Part shown: one piece after another, positions 49,845 to 62,842 of the stretch
Layout of the letters: the number at the start of each line of letters is the position of its first letter
Numbering within the stretch: position 1 is the stretch's first letter
Assembly (NCBI RefSeq): GCF_026210795.1
Contig: NC_089434.1
Coordinates: 4,960,001 to 5,024,000, forward strand
DNA length: 64,000 nucleotides
Reading direction: 5' to 3'
Source of the DNA: Rhizophagus irregularis
Taxonomy: Eukaryota
Notes under the pieces: model-generated
Database searches by the model: none
What the model was told of the DNA's origin: nothing
What the model saw: only the letters and a program-made list of their open reading frames with translations
Translations under genes and position numbers: made by a program

Positions 49845-50130
49845 CATCTACCTGCTAAAAGTATTCAAATACTTCTAAAAAAATAACTATTAAATTACAT
49901 TATTTTAATATTTAGTAATCAAAATTTAATGATTTATGATTTATTAATAAATTCATTTAATTAAGATATATATATTTAATTACAATATTTTTAAATTTGT
50001 AAATTTAATAAATCAGAAGTTATTATTAAATGTCTAAAAATAGTAAAAGTAACAATTCTAGAAATATAAAAATAATAGATATAATATATAAATCTAATAA
50101 ATTATATATATTTTATTTTTTTAAAGAAAA
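49845..50130 (+). repeat. Tc1-like terminal fragment; second copy at ~57373-57650
   Basis: TACATCTACCTGCTAAAAGTATTCAAATACTTCT versus TACACCCACCTGCCAAAAATATCTGAATACTTCT, plus shared TAAATGTCTAAAAA.AGTAAAA. Confidence 0.6.
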
Positions 50131-50424
50131 TGTTGTAAAATTTGTATATGTTAAACTTCTAAAAATAAATAATGAATTATTTGCATTTTACTGTTGAAAA
50201 TATTATTTGGACAATATTTTGACAAATTTTGAAATTTTTTTTTCATAGAATAATCTTAAAAAATAGTTTGTTATTTATAATTAATTTGGTATTATTTTTT
50301 AAATAATATTTTTAAATCCTATTATTATTTATTTTAGAAAATACAAAAATTAAAAACAATTTAAAATGAAATGTCATTCTGTTTCAATTTTTTGTCTATT
50401 AAAAGATATTATACTAACATTCAT

Positions 50425-51330
50425 ACATTACCCTTCCAAAAGTATTTGGTTAACCAATAAATATTATATTTTATTAATAATAATTAATATTTAATTAGCT
50501 ATTTATCTATTATTTTTAATACATACTTCAATTCGATATAGCATACTCTTAATTAAATTAATGTAAGTTACAGATGGAAATACTTTTTACTCTTCTTGTA
50601 ATACTTTTTCAAGTTCATGAAAATTCTTTAGATGTGCAGAATATTTTCAAAGTCTTCATTCAAATTCATACTATAAATATTTAATAGGATTAAGATTCAA
50701 AAATTGGGAGGGCCAATCTGAAAGAACTTTAATTTTTTTCTGTACAATCCAATTTTTACTTTTCTTGCAATATAATCTAAAGTAATAATAGGATTTATAA
50801 ATTGTTAAGATCTCAAGTTGCTTAGAATTTGCTAAAAAAATTGGATAAATCTTTCCTTTTTTAGCCAGAAATTTAATTTTTTAATTTAAAAACTGGCTAA
50901 TATTATTATAGTTCTGGTTTTGAAGAAATACTTAGAGTTCATAGTAAAATTTTTTGGCTGGACCTTATCTATTTATATATTTTTCAGGATTCTGCAATAA
51001 TCATAGCATTATTTGTGATGTTTTTATCAAATGATTTTCTGATACATGCATCATAATACAATAAAAATACATCCATTTTAATTGTCAGAATCAAAGGAAT
51101 TTTTTCTTTAAAATAAATGATATTTAATATAATTGATTTAGAGAAAATCAAATTAAACTTGGCTAGATACTTTTGAAAGAATAGTATATGTATATAAAGA
51201 TATATAAGTAAGCAGATTTTATGATCCATAATTTTTTAATATTTTAGGCACAACCAAATAAATTGTGTGATATGAACTCTAAGAAAAAGATGAAGGATTA
51301 AATTATAAAAGGAAAAAATTATACATGATG
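50425..51330 (-). mobile_element. Heavily mutated Tc1 transposase relic
   Basis: The minus strand reads DWPSQFLNLNPIKYL*YEFE*RL...HELEKVLQEE*, resembling WPSQSPDLNPIE.LW. TIR-like CATTACCCTTCCAAAAGTATT at ~50426. Confidence 0.7.
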
Positions 51331-54300
51331 AATTCTGAAAAAAATGGTTAAATTATGGAAGGGGAAAATAAGTTTAATTAATAAAAGATATGGTATACAG
51401 TCAACCCTTATTATAATGAACTCTAGGTTCTAAACCTCAACTTCGCTATAAGGCTATAGTGAAGATTTTAAGAGATTTGATTGATTAATTCATTATAGCA
51501 AGGGGAAATTTATTATAGTTATCTGAAAAATTCACTATATCAAGGGTTCGCTATATCAAGCTCATTATAGATTTAATATGTAATACTAACAGTTTACATT
51601 GCTCTTATAACTATTAATGGCATAATAAATAAAAACTTAATAACAGTTCTGATAAAAATATTATTTATTATATGATGATTTATTATTGAAGTGATCATAT
51701 TATTAAATATTAGTACTATGATCTGACACTGTAAGAATCAAAGAATCTTTAAATTTAATGTTGAAGGGTGAAACAAAGACAAACTCTAAAAAAGAAAGAT
51801 TGGTAAGTAAAAAACACTCCTTATTATAAAATAAATAAATAAATAATTTGATAATTTAAACTTTGACAAATTGGCTGTCAATATATCTTGTTGGTTTGTA
51901 ATAAACTAATAAATAATAATGGCTGATAAGCAAAGACTAGTAAATAGGTTAACCCATTATTGATGGTAAAATATCTATTCATCATTTTACATGTTACTTA
52001 TATTGAAATTCTTTTTATTATACCTTTTTTGTCATCTTTCACATTATGATAAAAATTCATATGACTTTCGTAAACAATTGTTCAATTTATTGTATACATT
52101 TTCAATTTATTTTATTAAAATGAAAATTTTCATATAGAGTATGTTAGTACAAATTTTCTTAATATTGTTTTTATTAAAATGAAGTCGATCATTGTTACAC
52201 ATGCTGTGCTAAGTCCTAATTTGTAAAATCATTCCAACATTTTTCATATACCGTACATCAGTATTCCACTGTCTCGGAATTTTCCATTTTCAACTTCGTC
52301 TCATGTTATGTTACCATAATTAAACCCAAATTTGAAATCTAACCTGTTTTTTTGCGATTTATTTTTAGTCGTGAAACTATATTAACTATATTACATAGTT
52401 TGACTTTATAACTAATATATTCTGGCGCAGAATCCAGAATTTATGTTGTACTGTACATTCATAGTTTTTTGTCGTCTTTCACATGATAAAAATTTCGTAA
52501 GCGAACTTATCATAACCACAGCATTAACTTCACAATAATCAATTTATAATGATATATGTTAAATGTTTATAGTACAAATTCTCTTAATATTGTCTTTATT
52601 ATGTTCTTTATTCAATTTTTGGATCTTTTACTAACCGATCATGTTCTTTCTGTTACACATGTTAACGTAACGTTGAGTCCGAATTGGTTAAATTGTACAT
52701 TCATTTTCCACGTACTGTATACCAATATTCCACTGTTTCGGAATTTCCCATTTTCAACTTCGTCTCACCCGACCCGCTTGATCCCATGGTTCCTCCTTGT
52801 ATGCTAGTGAACATCATTTTAAAGTCGAATAAATCGTATCTGCTTCTTTTTTCCACAATTGTAATAAAGTATTAAAAATTTCTTTATTACAAATGAATGA
52901 CCTTTGCAATACAATATAGAGCAACCTCTTATTAGTTCTAGATTTTTACTGACGGGACTCTTTAATTTTAAAGATTGGAGTATTTGTAAATTAATGATTT
53001 TAATATATCCATTCAAGAAGAATGAATCAATATTGATAATAATAATTGTTATAATTAAAATATTCATTTAAGAATATTTGATTGTTATAGATAATTTTTT
53101 GTGAAAAATAAAGGATATTTTTTTTTTATATTTTCTGATAAAAATAAATTTAAATAAAAAGTTTCAAATCATCATCATTTTATAGATGTTTCTCGAATTA
53201 GTGTAATATTAAAATGTTTTATTCTCCATATTCTTATTAAATGACTGGTAGAACAATATTTGTACCTTTTTTAATTATTTGGCTGACAAAAGAAATAAGT
53301 GGTTGATGCCATTAATGAAACACTATTTAAAGAAAACCAGTGTTAGAGAATTAAGTTTAACATATATGAATTTAACAAAATAAATTGAAAATGTACAAGA
53401 TTAGTAACTAATCGGATTCTGCTCCAGCCTCTAGAATATATTAATATACTGTAAAATTTCGTCAATTTATATGTTTCGCGGCTAAAAAATAAATCGCAAA
53501 AAATGATTGAAATTCAAATTTGGATTGAATGGCACAATTTGAAACAATTGAAACAATTGGTTTAAATGATTTACAAATTTGGAAACAACGGGCGTGTAAC
53601 ATAATTAGGGAACGCGATACGATTTTATAATTAAAATATATTTGAACTTATAAATATATTGTAATAATAATAAAATTAAAAGAATATTTAAAAATATATT
53701 AAATAAACTTTAATTCTTGTGTATTATAATATAATATTTTATAAAAGCCATATATAATAAATTATTTGAATATGACAATAGAATTGGCGATCGGAAATTC
53801 CGAAATGCTAAATCCGATAACGAATGAATTAAACTTCATTCTAAACTAAAAAAGGATTTATAAATGTTTGCTGCACAATTGTCATCTGTGGAACGCTTTA
53901 GTGTTTCATAAAATTCTTTTAATCATTTCATTTTGTTAAAATTCTCAACAACTTATTTGTTTTGCTTTTTCAGAAAGTCTTTACTTAATCTATAGAATTC
54001 ATAGAGTAATAATAAGATATTTTCAACATGGGCTTAAATTGTTTACAAGATTTCACTTGATAACGCGCATAAATTATTTTAATTTTACAGTATACACGAA
54101 TCACATAAATAAATCATTTAATGGATAAATTAAAAAAATTCATAGAATCTTCTAAATGTAATAATTAAAAATTCTATTATATAAAATAATTTATATTGTA
54201 ATAAAATTAAAGGATACCTCCCATGTATATTGTTAAGATATGTATGATATGTATTACATAATATGAAATAAATCACTTACGTATAGTATCAGGTATCATC

Positions 54301-55305
54301 GAGCGATAGGAATATTAAATGTTTCTAATTGATTATTTTACAATAGTCAACTAATTTAATTAAATTTCTTAATTTAAAACGTGTAAAAGCTCAATGTAGA
54401 TAAATGTTTCATACATATTCCGTCGAAAATCTAAAAAGAGTAAAAAGAATACCGTATTTTTGAACATTTGTGATACATTAGTGATTTTGAATATGAATTA
54501 CCGGTATGTACATCTGATATTCTGACATTTGATTATATTAAACCTAAAAGAACTTTAATATGTAAGTCAATCATACGAGTTCACGTAAATATTGAAGCAA
54601 GAAATAAAAATTTTAAATATTTTTAATTTATTAAAACCCTATCTTTATTTGCAAATCTTTAATTATTTTAAAATGAAATCAAAAAATAAGCTTCGACTAT
54701 TTTTACTATATTATGATTTATACAATTATACCTCTATTATATTTCTTTTAAAATTCAAAAAAGAGAAAGTTTACATAATAATAATATTTTACATTTATGC
54801 TGATTAAGAAAAATTTTAGAAATCTAAGAATTGATACATAATTTCTCCTACATTAGAGAATTTTAAAAAATAAATCCAGTTCTTCGTTCCATCCGGATTT
54901 ATTTCGATATTCGGATTTAATCCGAATCGAAGGAAACCGGATTTTAAATCTGATCTAACTTCTATCTGGTCATGAAGCCATCGTGGATTTCTAGTCTCGA
55001 GCATGGGGATTCTTCATCTTCAACAATACGAGCTATTTTATACATGGTGTTCTAACAAAATCGAGTCATGTGATATTAATCGTCACCAGTGTCACATCTC
55101 GATCGTCTCCAAAATGATCATTCAATAGATTATTGTGTCGTTTAGAATATTGGCAAAGTCTTTGACATCTTCAAATGAAATAGACCGGTTATGCGGCCCT
55201 ATCAAACAAAGCCAGTGTTTACTAACGAATAATGGAATTGCTTAATTGGAAAATTATTTCTATAACAATATAAAAGAGAAGATTTTCATATATAAAGAAG
55301 AGACA

Positions 55306-55412
55306 CGATTTGTGCCAATACTACGATTGGCCGATTTGTGCCAATACTACAGATTGGTCGATTTGTGCCAATACTACAGATTGGTCGATTTGTGCCAATA
55401 CTACAGATTGGT
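55306..55412. repeat. 27-bp tandem repeat (CGATTTGTGCCAATACTACAGATTGGT) x4
   Basis: Direct inspection; the first unit is 26 bp. Confidence 0.95.
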
Positions 55413-58099
55413 GTGGATAGTACTTGTTGTTAAAAGTTTTTCTTTCATTTCTTTCATATTTTGTAAATAAAAAATATCCGTACTGAATATTTTAAGGAAA
55501 AGCAAATAAATGCTAGGAAGAAACCACGAATGGACTTCCATTATATATCTAAAAAAATCAAAGCCCCAGACATCAGAAATGCGCATTTTTTAACGGAATT
55601 AATTTAACAAAAAGGAATTTGATAAAAGTGGAAAAATTAATTTGAATAAGCCATTGGAATAGTAAACCACTGAAATAATACCAACTTAATATTGCCCAAA
55701 TCAAAAATGGCAACCCGGAATTTGGTGCATCAGGTAACGGGTAGACGGATAAAATTGCAGGCACAAAAATTACCTTTAAGTTTAAAAATTTAACCAAAAT
55801 TTAACAAATCTTATTGGATATCATGAAAATTTGAAGATAAATTTTTTTGAAAGGAGTTCCATGAGTGTATTATAAGTTCACGTAAGCATTTTTTAATAAA
55901 GTAATAATTATCGTCGGATGTTTGCGCCTGAAAAAATCATTGCAATTTTGTAACTGTGGCTTTACTTTTTTGGCTTTAATATTTATATGTGGCAAAGCGC
56001 CTGATATAGGAATGATTATGAAAACAATTTCCGTATTTTCCGTATAAAATTTGATAACGGATAACGACACAAAAATGCAGTGTATTCACATCTTTATTCC
56101 TTTTACAGAATTTATTAGGCTTTCGAAGATCCTATTATTTATCAGCCGGATTCGGACAACGGATATGTACCCATGAATAAAAGAGCTAGTCTTATAATAA
56201 ATAGTATACCTAGGCTTCGTTGCATTCAGAACCAGAATGTTTTGCCGTGAATGTAGGACAAGATGAAAAAAAAAAATCTTATTTGAAAATTAATATTTTT
56301 TGATTTTTATTTTTTTGTATTGAAAAATATTGAAGAATGTTTACGTCGGATATCTGAAAATATATTACTAGTGCAATTATTTTTGCGGAATAATGGATTT
56401 TTTTTCTTTAATAATAAAGAGTATTACTTCGTCATATTCTTATATATATATGTTATTACTATAACTGGAAACAATAACATTTTTTATTTGTTTACTAGGT
56501 CAAGTGCTGGTTTATTGATGTAAAATTTTATATGAATCATTGATCAAGTTTCATTATTGATGTAACAAATAAAATTCTGATGGATTGATTAACCTATTTG
56601 TTTTTAGTTTAATCTTTGTAATCTTGATTTTATTGATATATAGATAGTATTTAAAAATATATATATATTTTTTTTGATAATAAAGAGCGTTATTGTAACA
56701 AATTTTTAAAAGATTTATTTAATTGATTCTTCTACAACAACAATCTCGCCGTCAAATTATTTCCAAGCCCCGGGATAAGCAATCTTATCAGGCTTATCAC
56801 TGACGGTTTTAGGAAATAACAGGTTATTTTTTATAAATGCACTATTATATATATATATATATTTTTTTTTCATCGGTTAATTTAGAGATGTGGCCGCAAC
56901 TAGATCTTATTAATCGCAACCCGCAATTCGCAACCGCAACCCTATATTTTTTACCATTTGGAAAAACAGTTGAGGCGTCAACCTTATCTGTTATACAGTA
57001 ATACCTGTAAATACCAAATATTTAAAATATTTCGTAAATATGTTTTTTTTTTGTTACAGTAGAAATCATTTTCTTTTTCTCAAAGGTACCATATTATTTT
57101 TAGGAGTTACTGTAATCATATTAAGTTTCACAAGAGTCAAATATACCTTTGTTGATGGGAACCAATAAAATCTAATAACAGATAAAATCCATATAATATT
57201 CTTATTTCTTCATATTACTTCATATAGCAGATCACCTCTTAATATTTTGTTTAACAAATGAGCTTAATATTTAATAATTGGAATAAATTTTTTTGATTTG
57301 TTACAAATATTTTAAAGACAAAAATACTGTAAATTTATTAATGTTTCATAGTATTATATTATAATATATTCTACACCCACCTGCCAAAAATATCTGAATA
57401 CTTCTAACAAATAACCATTAAATCACATTATTTTGACTAGAATTTAATTTACTATGATTCATTAATTCATTAAATGTCTAAAAACAGTAAAATCACTAAA
57501 ATGCAAATAACTTCTATTAATCATAAAGATATAAAAATAATAAATACAATCAATATACTTTAACAAGACAAATCTAATGAATTATATTTCATCTTTCTAG
57601 GTTTAATAGAAAAGAAAATATTATAAATTTTATATTTAATTATTTAATTCATATTATATAAAAATGCATTTAATTGCAATATTTTATGTTTCTAACTTTA
57701 ATGAATCAAATGTTATTTAAAGTCTTTTGTGATGTCCAGAATCTTTTATATTTCAGTATATTTTTGAACAATTTAGATATTTTTTAGATGTTATCTTGTT
57801 ACAATTTTTGAATATCTCTTTTTGTTAGGATAGTCATGTGCACATTTAACTGATAAAATAGTGTAGCATCTGATTCAGAGAATATTGAACAATTTATACA
57901 TGATGAAATCGAACCTAATAAAGTCTATCAAGTAAACTTATCTAAGTTTATAAATAAAGTAATTTTAAAATCAAAGCTAAAATTAATTGGAATAGCCAAT
58001 ACATAGCCATATATATGCATATTTAAATGATAAAATAGCTTATTAGTATACAGAAAATATCAAAAAATTTATGTTGCAAGGTTTAGTTAAAATAATTAA

Positions 58100-58540
58100 G
58101 GGTATTGCTAAATATCACCAGTGGTGATCGTCACTACATATAAAATATTTTTTGAATTTTCAAAAATTTTTGACTAAGATATTATTCTAATTATAATATA
58201 AATATTATTACTATATGTAAATTTATGGGTAGAACAAGTTTGCCTTAGATTATAAAGGCTGTTGTTTAGATAGTTTTTGAGAAAAATAGGAAAGTTTGAT
58301 TTTATAAGCAAAATACAATTTTTTGTTTTAAAAAAGATTTTTTGAGTCAAATTTTCAAAATTTTAGTGTGATTAGTATCTACTCAGGTTTGTTTTAGTAC
58401 ACATTTATTAATTATTATTTAAATTGAAATTTTTGAAAAAAAATTTACAATATGTTTTTTAACTCTAGCTAAAATTATAATTTTCGGCCAGAATTAAGTG
58501 GTATGGTGACGATCACCACTGGTGATATTTAGCAATACCC
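58100..58540. mobile_element. 441-bp Mutator-type MITE
   Basis: Perfect 35-bp TIR GGGTATTGCTAAATATCACCAGTGGTGATCGTCAC. Perfect 9-bp TSD AATAATTAA (58091-58099 and 58541-58549). Confidence 0.93.
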
Positions 58541-59764
58541 AATAATTAATATTCCAATAAACCTAAACTTATAAAGTTTAGAAATATAGTAAATTGAAAT
58601 TAAAGCATTAATTAATATAACTATATGTTTCATTTAGCTGACAAAAGGCTTATATCAAAGTCCATTAAAGCTTAAAAATATAGTAAATTTGAAATCAAAA
58701 TCAGAATCTTGGTATAGCTGCATGTGCATTTAGTTAGTTAATATCTACAACTGAATATTGAGAAGCAACCTGATAAAAGCATATATTATCAGCTTATCAA
58801 AGCCCATTAAAGCCAAAATTTTTTACTCTATATGATACTACTATAAACTTATTAATAATTAAATTTAATGTATTTGTAGTATAGTGGTGATTTTAATGAT
58901 AAATTATAAATATTTTAATTTTAAGTATTGACAATCAATGTAATAATAACAGGTCTATTCAATTCTGTTTGAATTGATAATTATTGGCTGATGAAATTGT
59001 GTGATCTAATTAACAACCTAAACTTTTTGAACAAAAATGTGGTATTATTTTAATCACTTTTTTTAAGCTTAGTAAAGTTTTAATATGCATTTTTAAAAAT
59101 TAAAAGTTTACTATATCTTTATAATATTACTTATTGCTATTTTAAAAAAGAAAAATATTTTATTATTATATGAAAATAAGGTAATTAAGGTCAACTGTGA
59201 TCATAATATTTAATTTTGATTTTGATTATATGTTAGGATTGGTTAATAGATTTTTGATCAAAAAACCTGAATGATCAGAATAATGATATTATAAATTACG
59301 ATGAGATTTCAAAATTTTGGAACAATTATTTATATGTATAAATTCTTTTCTTGAAATAATTTTATCTAAAACTTATTATTTTTGATTATTTTTCTTTGAT
59401 CCTTTTTTTTAAAAAAAGGGAACAGACAACCAATTCTGAAACACTAAATAATGTATAATTTTAACTTCTAAGATATAATATTTTTAGAATTATTGATAAA
59501 TTTATCACTTGGATCATGCTAGAATCAAGTAAACCCACTAGGATATTGATATTATACCTTTTATATATATATATATATATAAAATTTAATGATAGCCTGA
59601 TAGGTAAGCATCATACTAATATATTTCTTGTGGCACAATTATAAACTCATATACCAACACCCATTTTTTATATTATATCAATCAACAAATCAGAAACAAG
59701 ATAATCGATAATCTACATATAATTACGCTCAGGTGGTTTATTTTTTAGAAACTTAATTTTAAAA

Positions 59765-60895
59765 GAATTGGTTCTAGAAATATGGCAAAAGTTTATCGAG
59801 CAGAAAGGAGAGACTTTAATAAATTTATTACTCTAAAGAAAATTGTTGAAGAAGTAACTATTATACATTTGTTATTTTTATTTTAACGTATTCTTAAAAC
59901 ATTTCTATTCATGTTTTAGATAAATTCTTATAAAAATATTATTTATTTTTACGGCACTATAAGAGGTATAATGAATGCTTTAAATATTTTGATATAAATA
60001 TATAGTATATATAATTACCCTTTGTGAGACCTAAAATAATTTTTTTTTAATAAAATTTCGTTAGTAATGGAATACGCTGATAGCGGTACTCTTAATGTCC
60101 TACATAATGAAGGAATTGTGCACCGTGATTTGGTAAAGTTCGTTTATTTTGCATTCCTATTTCTTATTTTGTATTGTTATTATATTATAATTTTAATGTA
60201 TGTTATTTATTGCATCTAATAATAGCACTCCAATATTATGATGCTAAGTCATCAAAATATTAAATTAGCAAATCTTGGTTCGTCCAGAAGGATTGTGGAA
60301 ACGCCCAATCCTTGTCCACATGGATATTTTCCCAATAAATATGCGATACTTATGGTGTCGGTGTATTATTATGGGAAATATCTAGTGGACATTCCCCGTT
60401 TCATACAGAACCAAGAAACATTTGTGCTCCTCTTATTTGGTAAATTGTAGAGAGACACTGTCCCTAATACACCTGAAGATTATGTAAAAATTTATACTGG
60501 TAAATAATATTATAATTAACGGATTATTTAAATTATAAATGTGCTTACACATATATATATTTATTTATATATTCTCTCTTCTTGGTCATCATTTATGAAC
60601 AGATTCCACAAATTCTTGTTACACTGTAAAGGACAATATTGATGAAAGGAGATATCTCGCGAACGATTCTATACCTGAACTACAACCTGGGAGAAATGTG
60701 AATGGAAATTCAATCAAATGTTCATAGATTTAAAGAAAAGCAATCGAATTACTTCTTTCTAATTGCTTTTTTCTATATCATAAATGGCTTGCCGAATGCT
60801 TATAGTTGATGAAATATTTTATCTTACAAGAAAGAAATGAGGTGGAAAATTTTGTAGCCCAATACAATTTCGTTTTTATGTATGAAAGGTGAAAA
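59765..60895 (+). pseudogene. TKL-type protein kinase (with Sel1-like remnant) pseudogene
   Basis: Fragments YGKVYRA, LVMEYADSGTL, LHNEGIVHRDL, IKLANLGSSRRI, GVGVLLWEISSGHSPF and VPNTPEDYVKIYT. Sel1-like VAQYNFVFMYER at ~60854. Deletions and frameshifts. Confidence 0.85.
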
Positions 60896-61329
60896 ACATG
60901 AATGAAGGTAATTTATAGGTGTATATGGGACAAGTCGCTCAATTAATTTAGTAAATTAGAAATTTAATAAATTTAATAATGAATTTATTCTATATTTTTT
61001 ATTATTACAAATTATAAATGAAGATTTTTAATTAAACAATATTAAAATTTTTGAGGTGATGGCAGTGCGTATCTTTAAATGTGGATGATACGCTTACGGA
61101 TATGAATGTTCCGGTAATTTCAATTATCAGCCACTATAATCTAATTGCATCATTTAAGATTTCTCGTCGCCTTTCCTGTCATTGCCGGATTTTCCATGAT
61201 ATTAAATGTTTAATACCTCAAATTTATTTGAAGTCGATAAATTTTTTTGCAAAGAGTTCTGGATTTTCATATACTATGGTTTTTTTTTTATTTTTATTCG
61301 TCATCCATTCGATTACATCTATTATAATC

Positions 61330-62820
61330 TAATTGTGTTCGCATATATATTCAAGAAAAATGTAAGAGATTAAAAAAGTTGTTTAATAACAAACCAAAAT
61401 ATAAATTAATATCATTTTTTAATTTGTTGTGTAATTCTGCCACCTGCTATACGTGTATTAATATTCAAGGATTCATCTTGATTGTTTAATTATTCTTAAA
61501 GGTCTACCCAAAGAAATAACCATGATCTAATAAATAATCATAAATACAGAACATAAGTCATTCTCATCTAATCCTTGTCAAAAAGGAATCGTAAAACCGA
61601 AATATATCTTATATTTACACTTTTTTCTCTAATTAATTTTCAAATGCATCCTTTTCTTAACGTATCACACTTAAATATTTTTGCTCTTCGATAGAATTTT
61701 CATACATCATAAAAAACACTTTACATGGTAAATCAGGATATAAAGTTCAATATACCTATTATTCAAAAACAATAATCTTAACCTTTTGAATATAAAGTAA
61801 AATCTAATTACTGTTAACTTCTCGACTAAAAGAAACTTACTTCAACACTTCTAACAAAAGCTTGGTCAGAATGATAAATAATAATATATTTGGGTGTAAT
61901 ACTCTCTCGTCTTCTTCACCATTAACAGGTCTAATAATAATTAAATTTCTCAAGCCCAACAATCCAAAATAAGTAGAAAACGCTTCCACATCAAATTCAT
62001 CGTCATAACAAGAAGTTGATGAACCATTATTTGATGAAGTGAACATTCCCTTTCATTTTCCATTATCAATATAGTATTGTTTAAATGACTTAAATCTCCT
62101 CCTTCGGAAGAAGTTCTTGAAGTTTCAGTAGCGTGACTTGTTATATCTGATTCGATCTCTCGTAATATTTCTGCCAATAAATTCCATTTCTGAAGTTTGT
62201 ATACCCTGAGGTAATTTTGATGTCGGATATGTCGGATAGGAATTTTTTTAGAGTATTATCTGTAGGATTTGTAGTTGATGTACGAACGAATACACGTCTT
62301 TTCGCACCTAAATAAAGTAAACCCCGATAAATTTGTATAAACAGTCAAACGTAAACTTTGTAAAAAATATATCTATGAATATAATTACACTAAAAATCGT
62401 ATTTCCAGCATCCAAAGATAACCAAGGAGATTATTGTTGTTGTGATAAAGCAGAAATGGGAGTTTGACTTGTAATAATGGTTTCTAAAAAACTATTAAAT
62501 GATACGCAATCATAACTAACCAAGTAACTATAATATTAAAAGTTGATCCAGTTAAACTCAAAAAAAAAAGAACTCCAAAAAAGAAATTAACGAAAAAACT
62601 TAATCAAATACATACTTTCTTAGAGTAGTTAAATCATTAACTATCAACTTAGTTTTTGAGCTGACACGATACCAGACAGGTTCTAATTGTTGTTTTATTA
62701 ATATATCGAATGATCTAAAAATGAATTTTCTACTGATAAATCATCAACGTTGAATAAATCACAAGCTTTCGGTTAAAATAAAAATACTGGAAATTTTATA
62801 ACTGGTTACCCAATTTCCAT
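61330..62820 (-). pseudogene. Multi-exon hypothetical gene remnant
   Basis: ATG at 62820 (MEIG*PVIKFPVFLF), exon-like ORF pieces at 61837-62177 and GT-AG intron-like gaps. No domain recognised. Confidence 0.35.
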
Positions 62821-62842
62821 TCCTTTTTTTGTTTCACTTAAA

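Noticed and set aside
37516..51400. Fanzor/TnpB-like RNA-guided nuclease beside the Tc1/IS630 transposases
   Set aside because: No RuvC-type motifs or TnpB-like zinc finger were recognised in the partner gene or neighbouring ORFs.
55306..55412. CRISPR-like or coding repeat (ORF 55246-55470, DLCQYYRLV)
   Set aside because: Head-to-tail units with no spacers; the ORF is a by-product of the 27-bp period.
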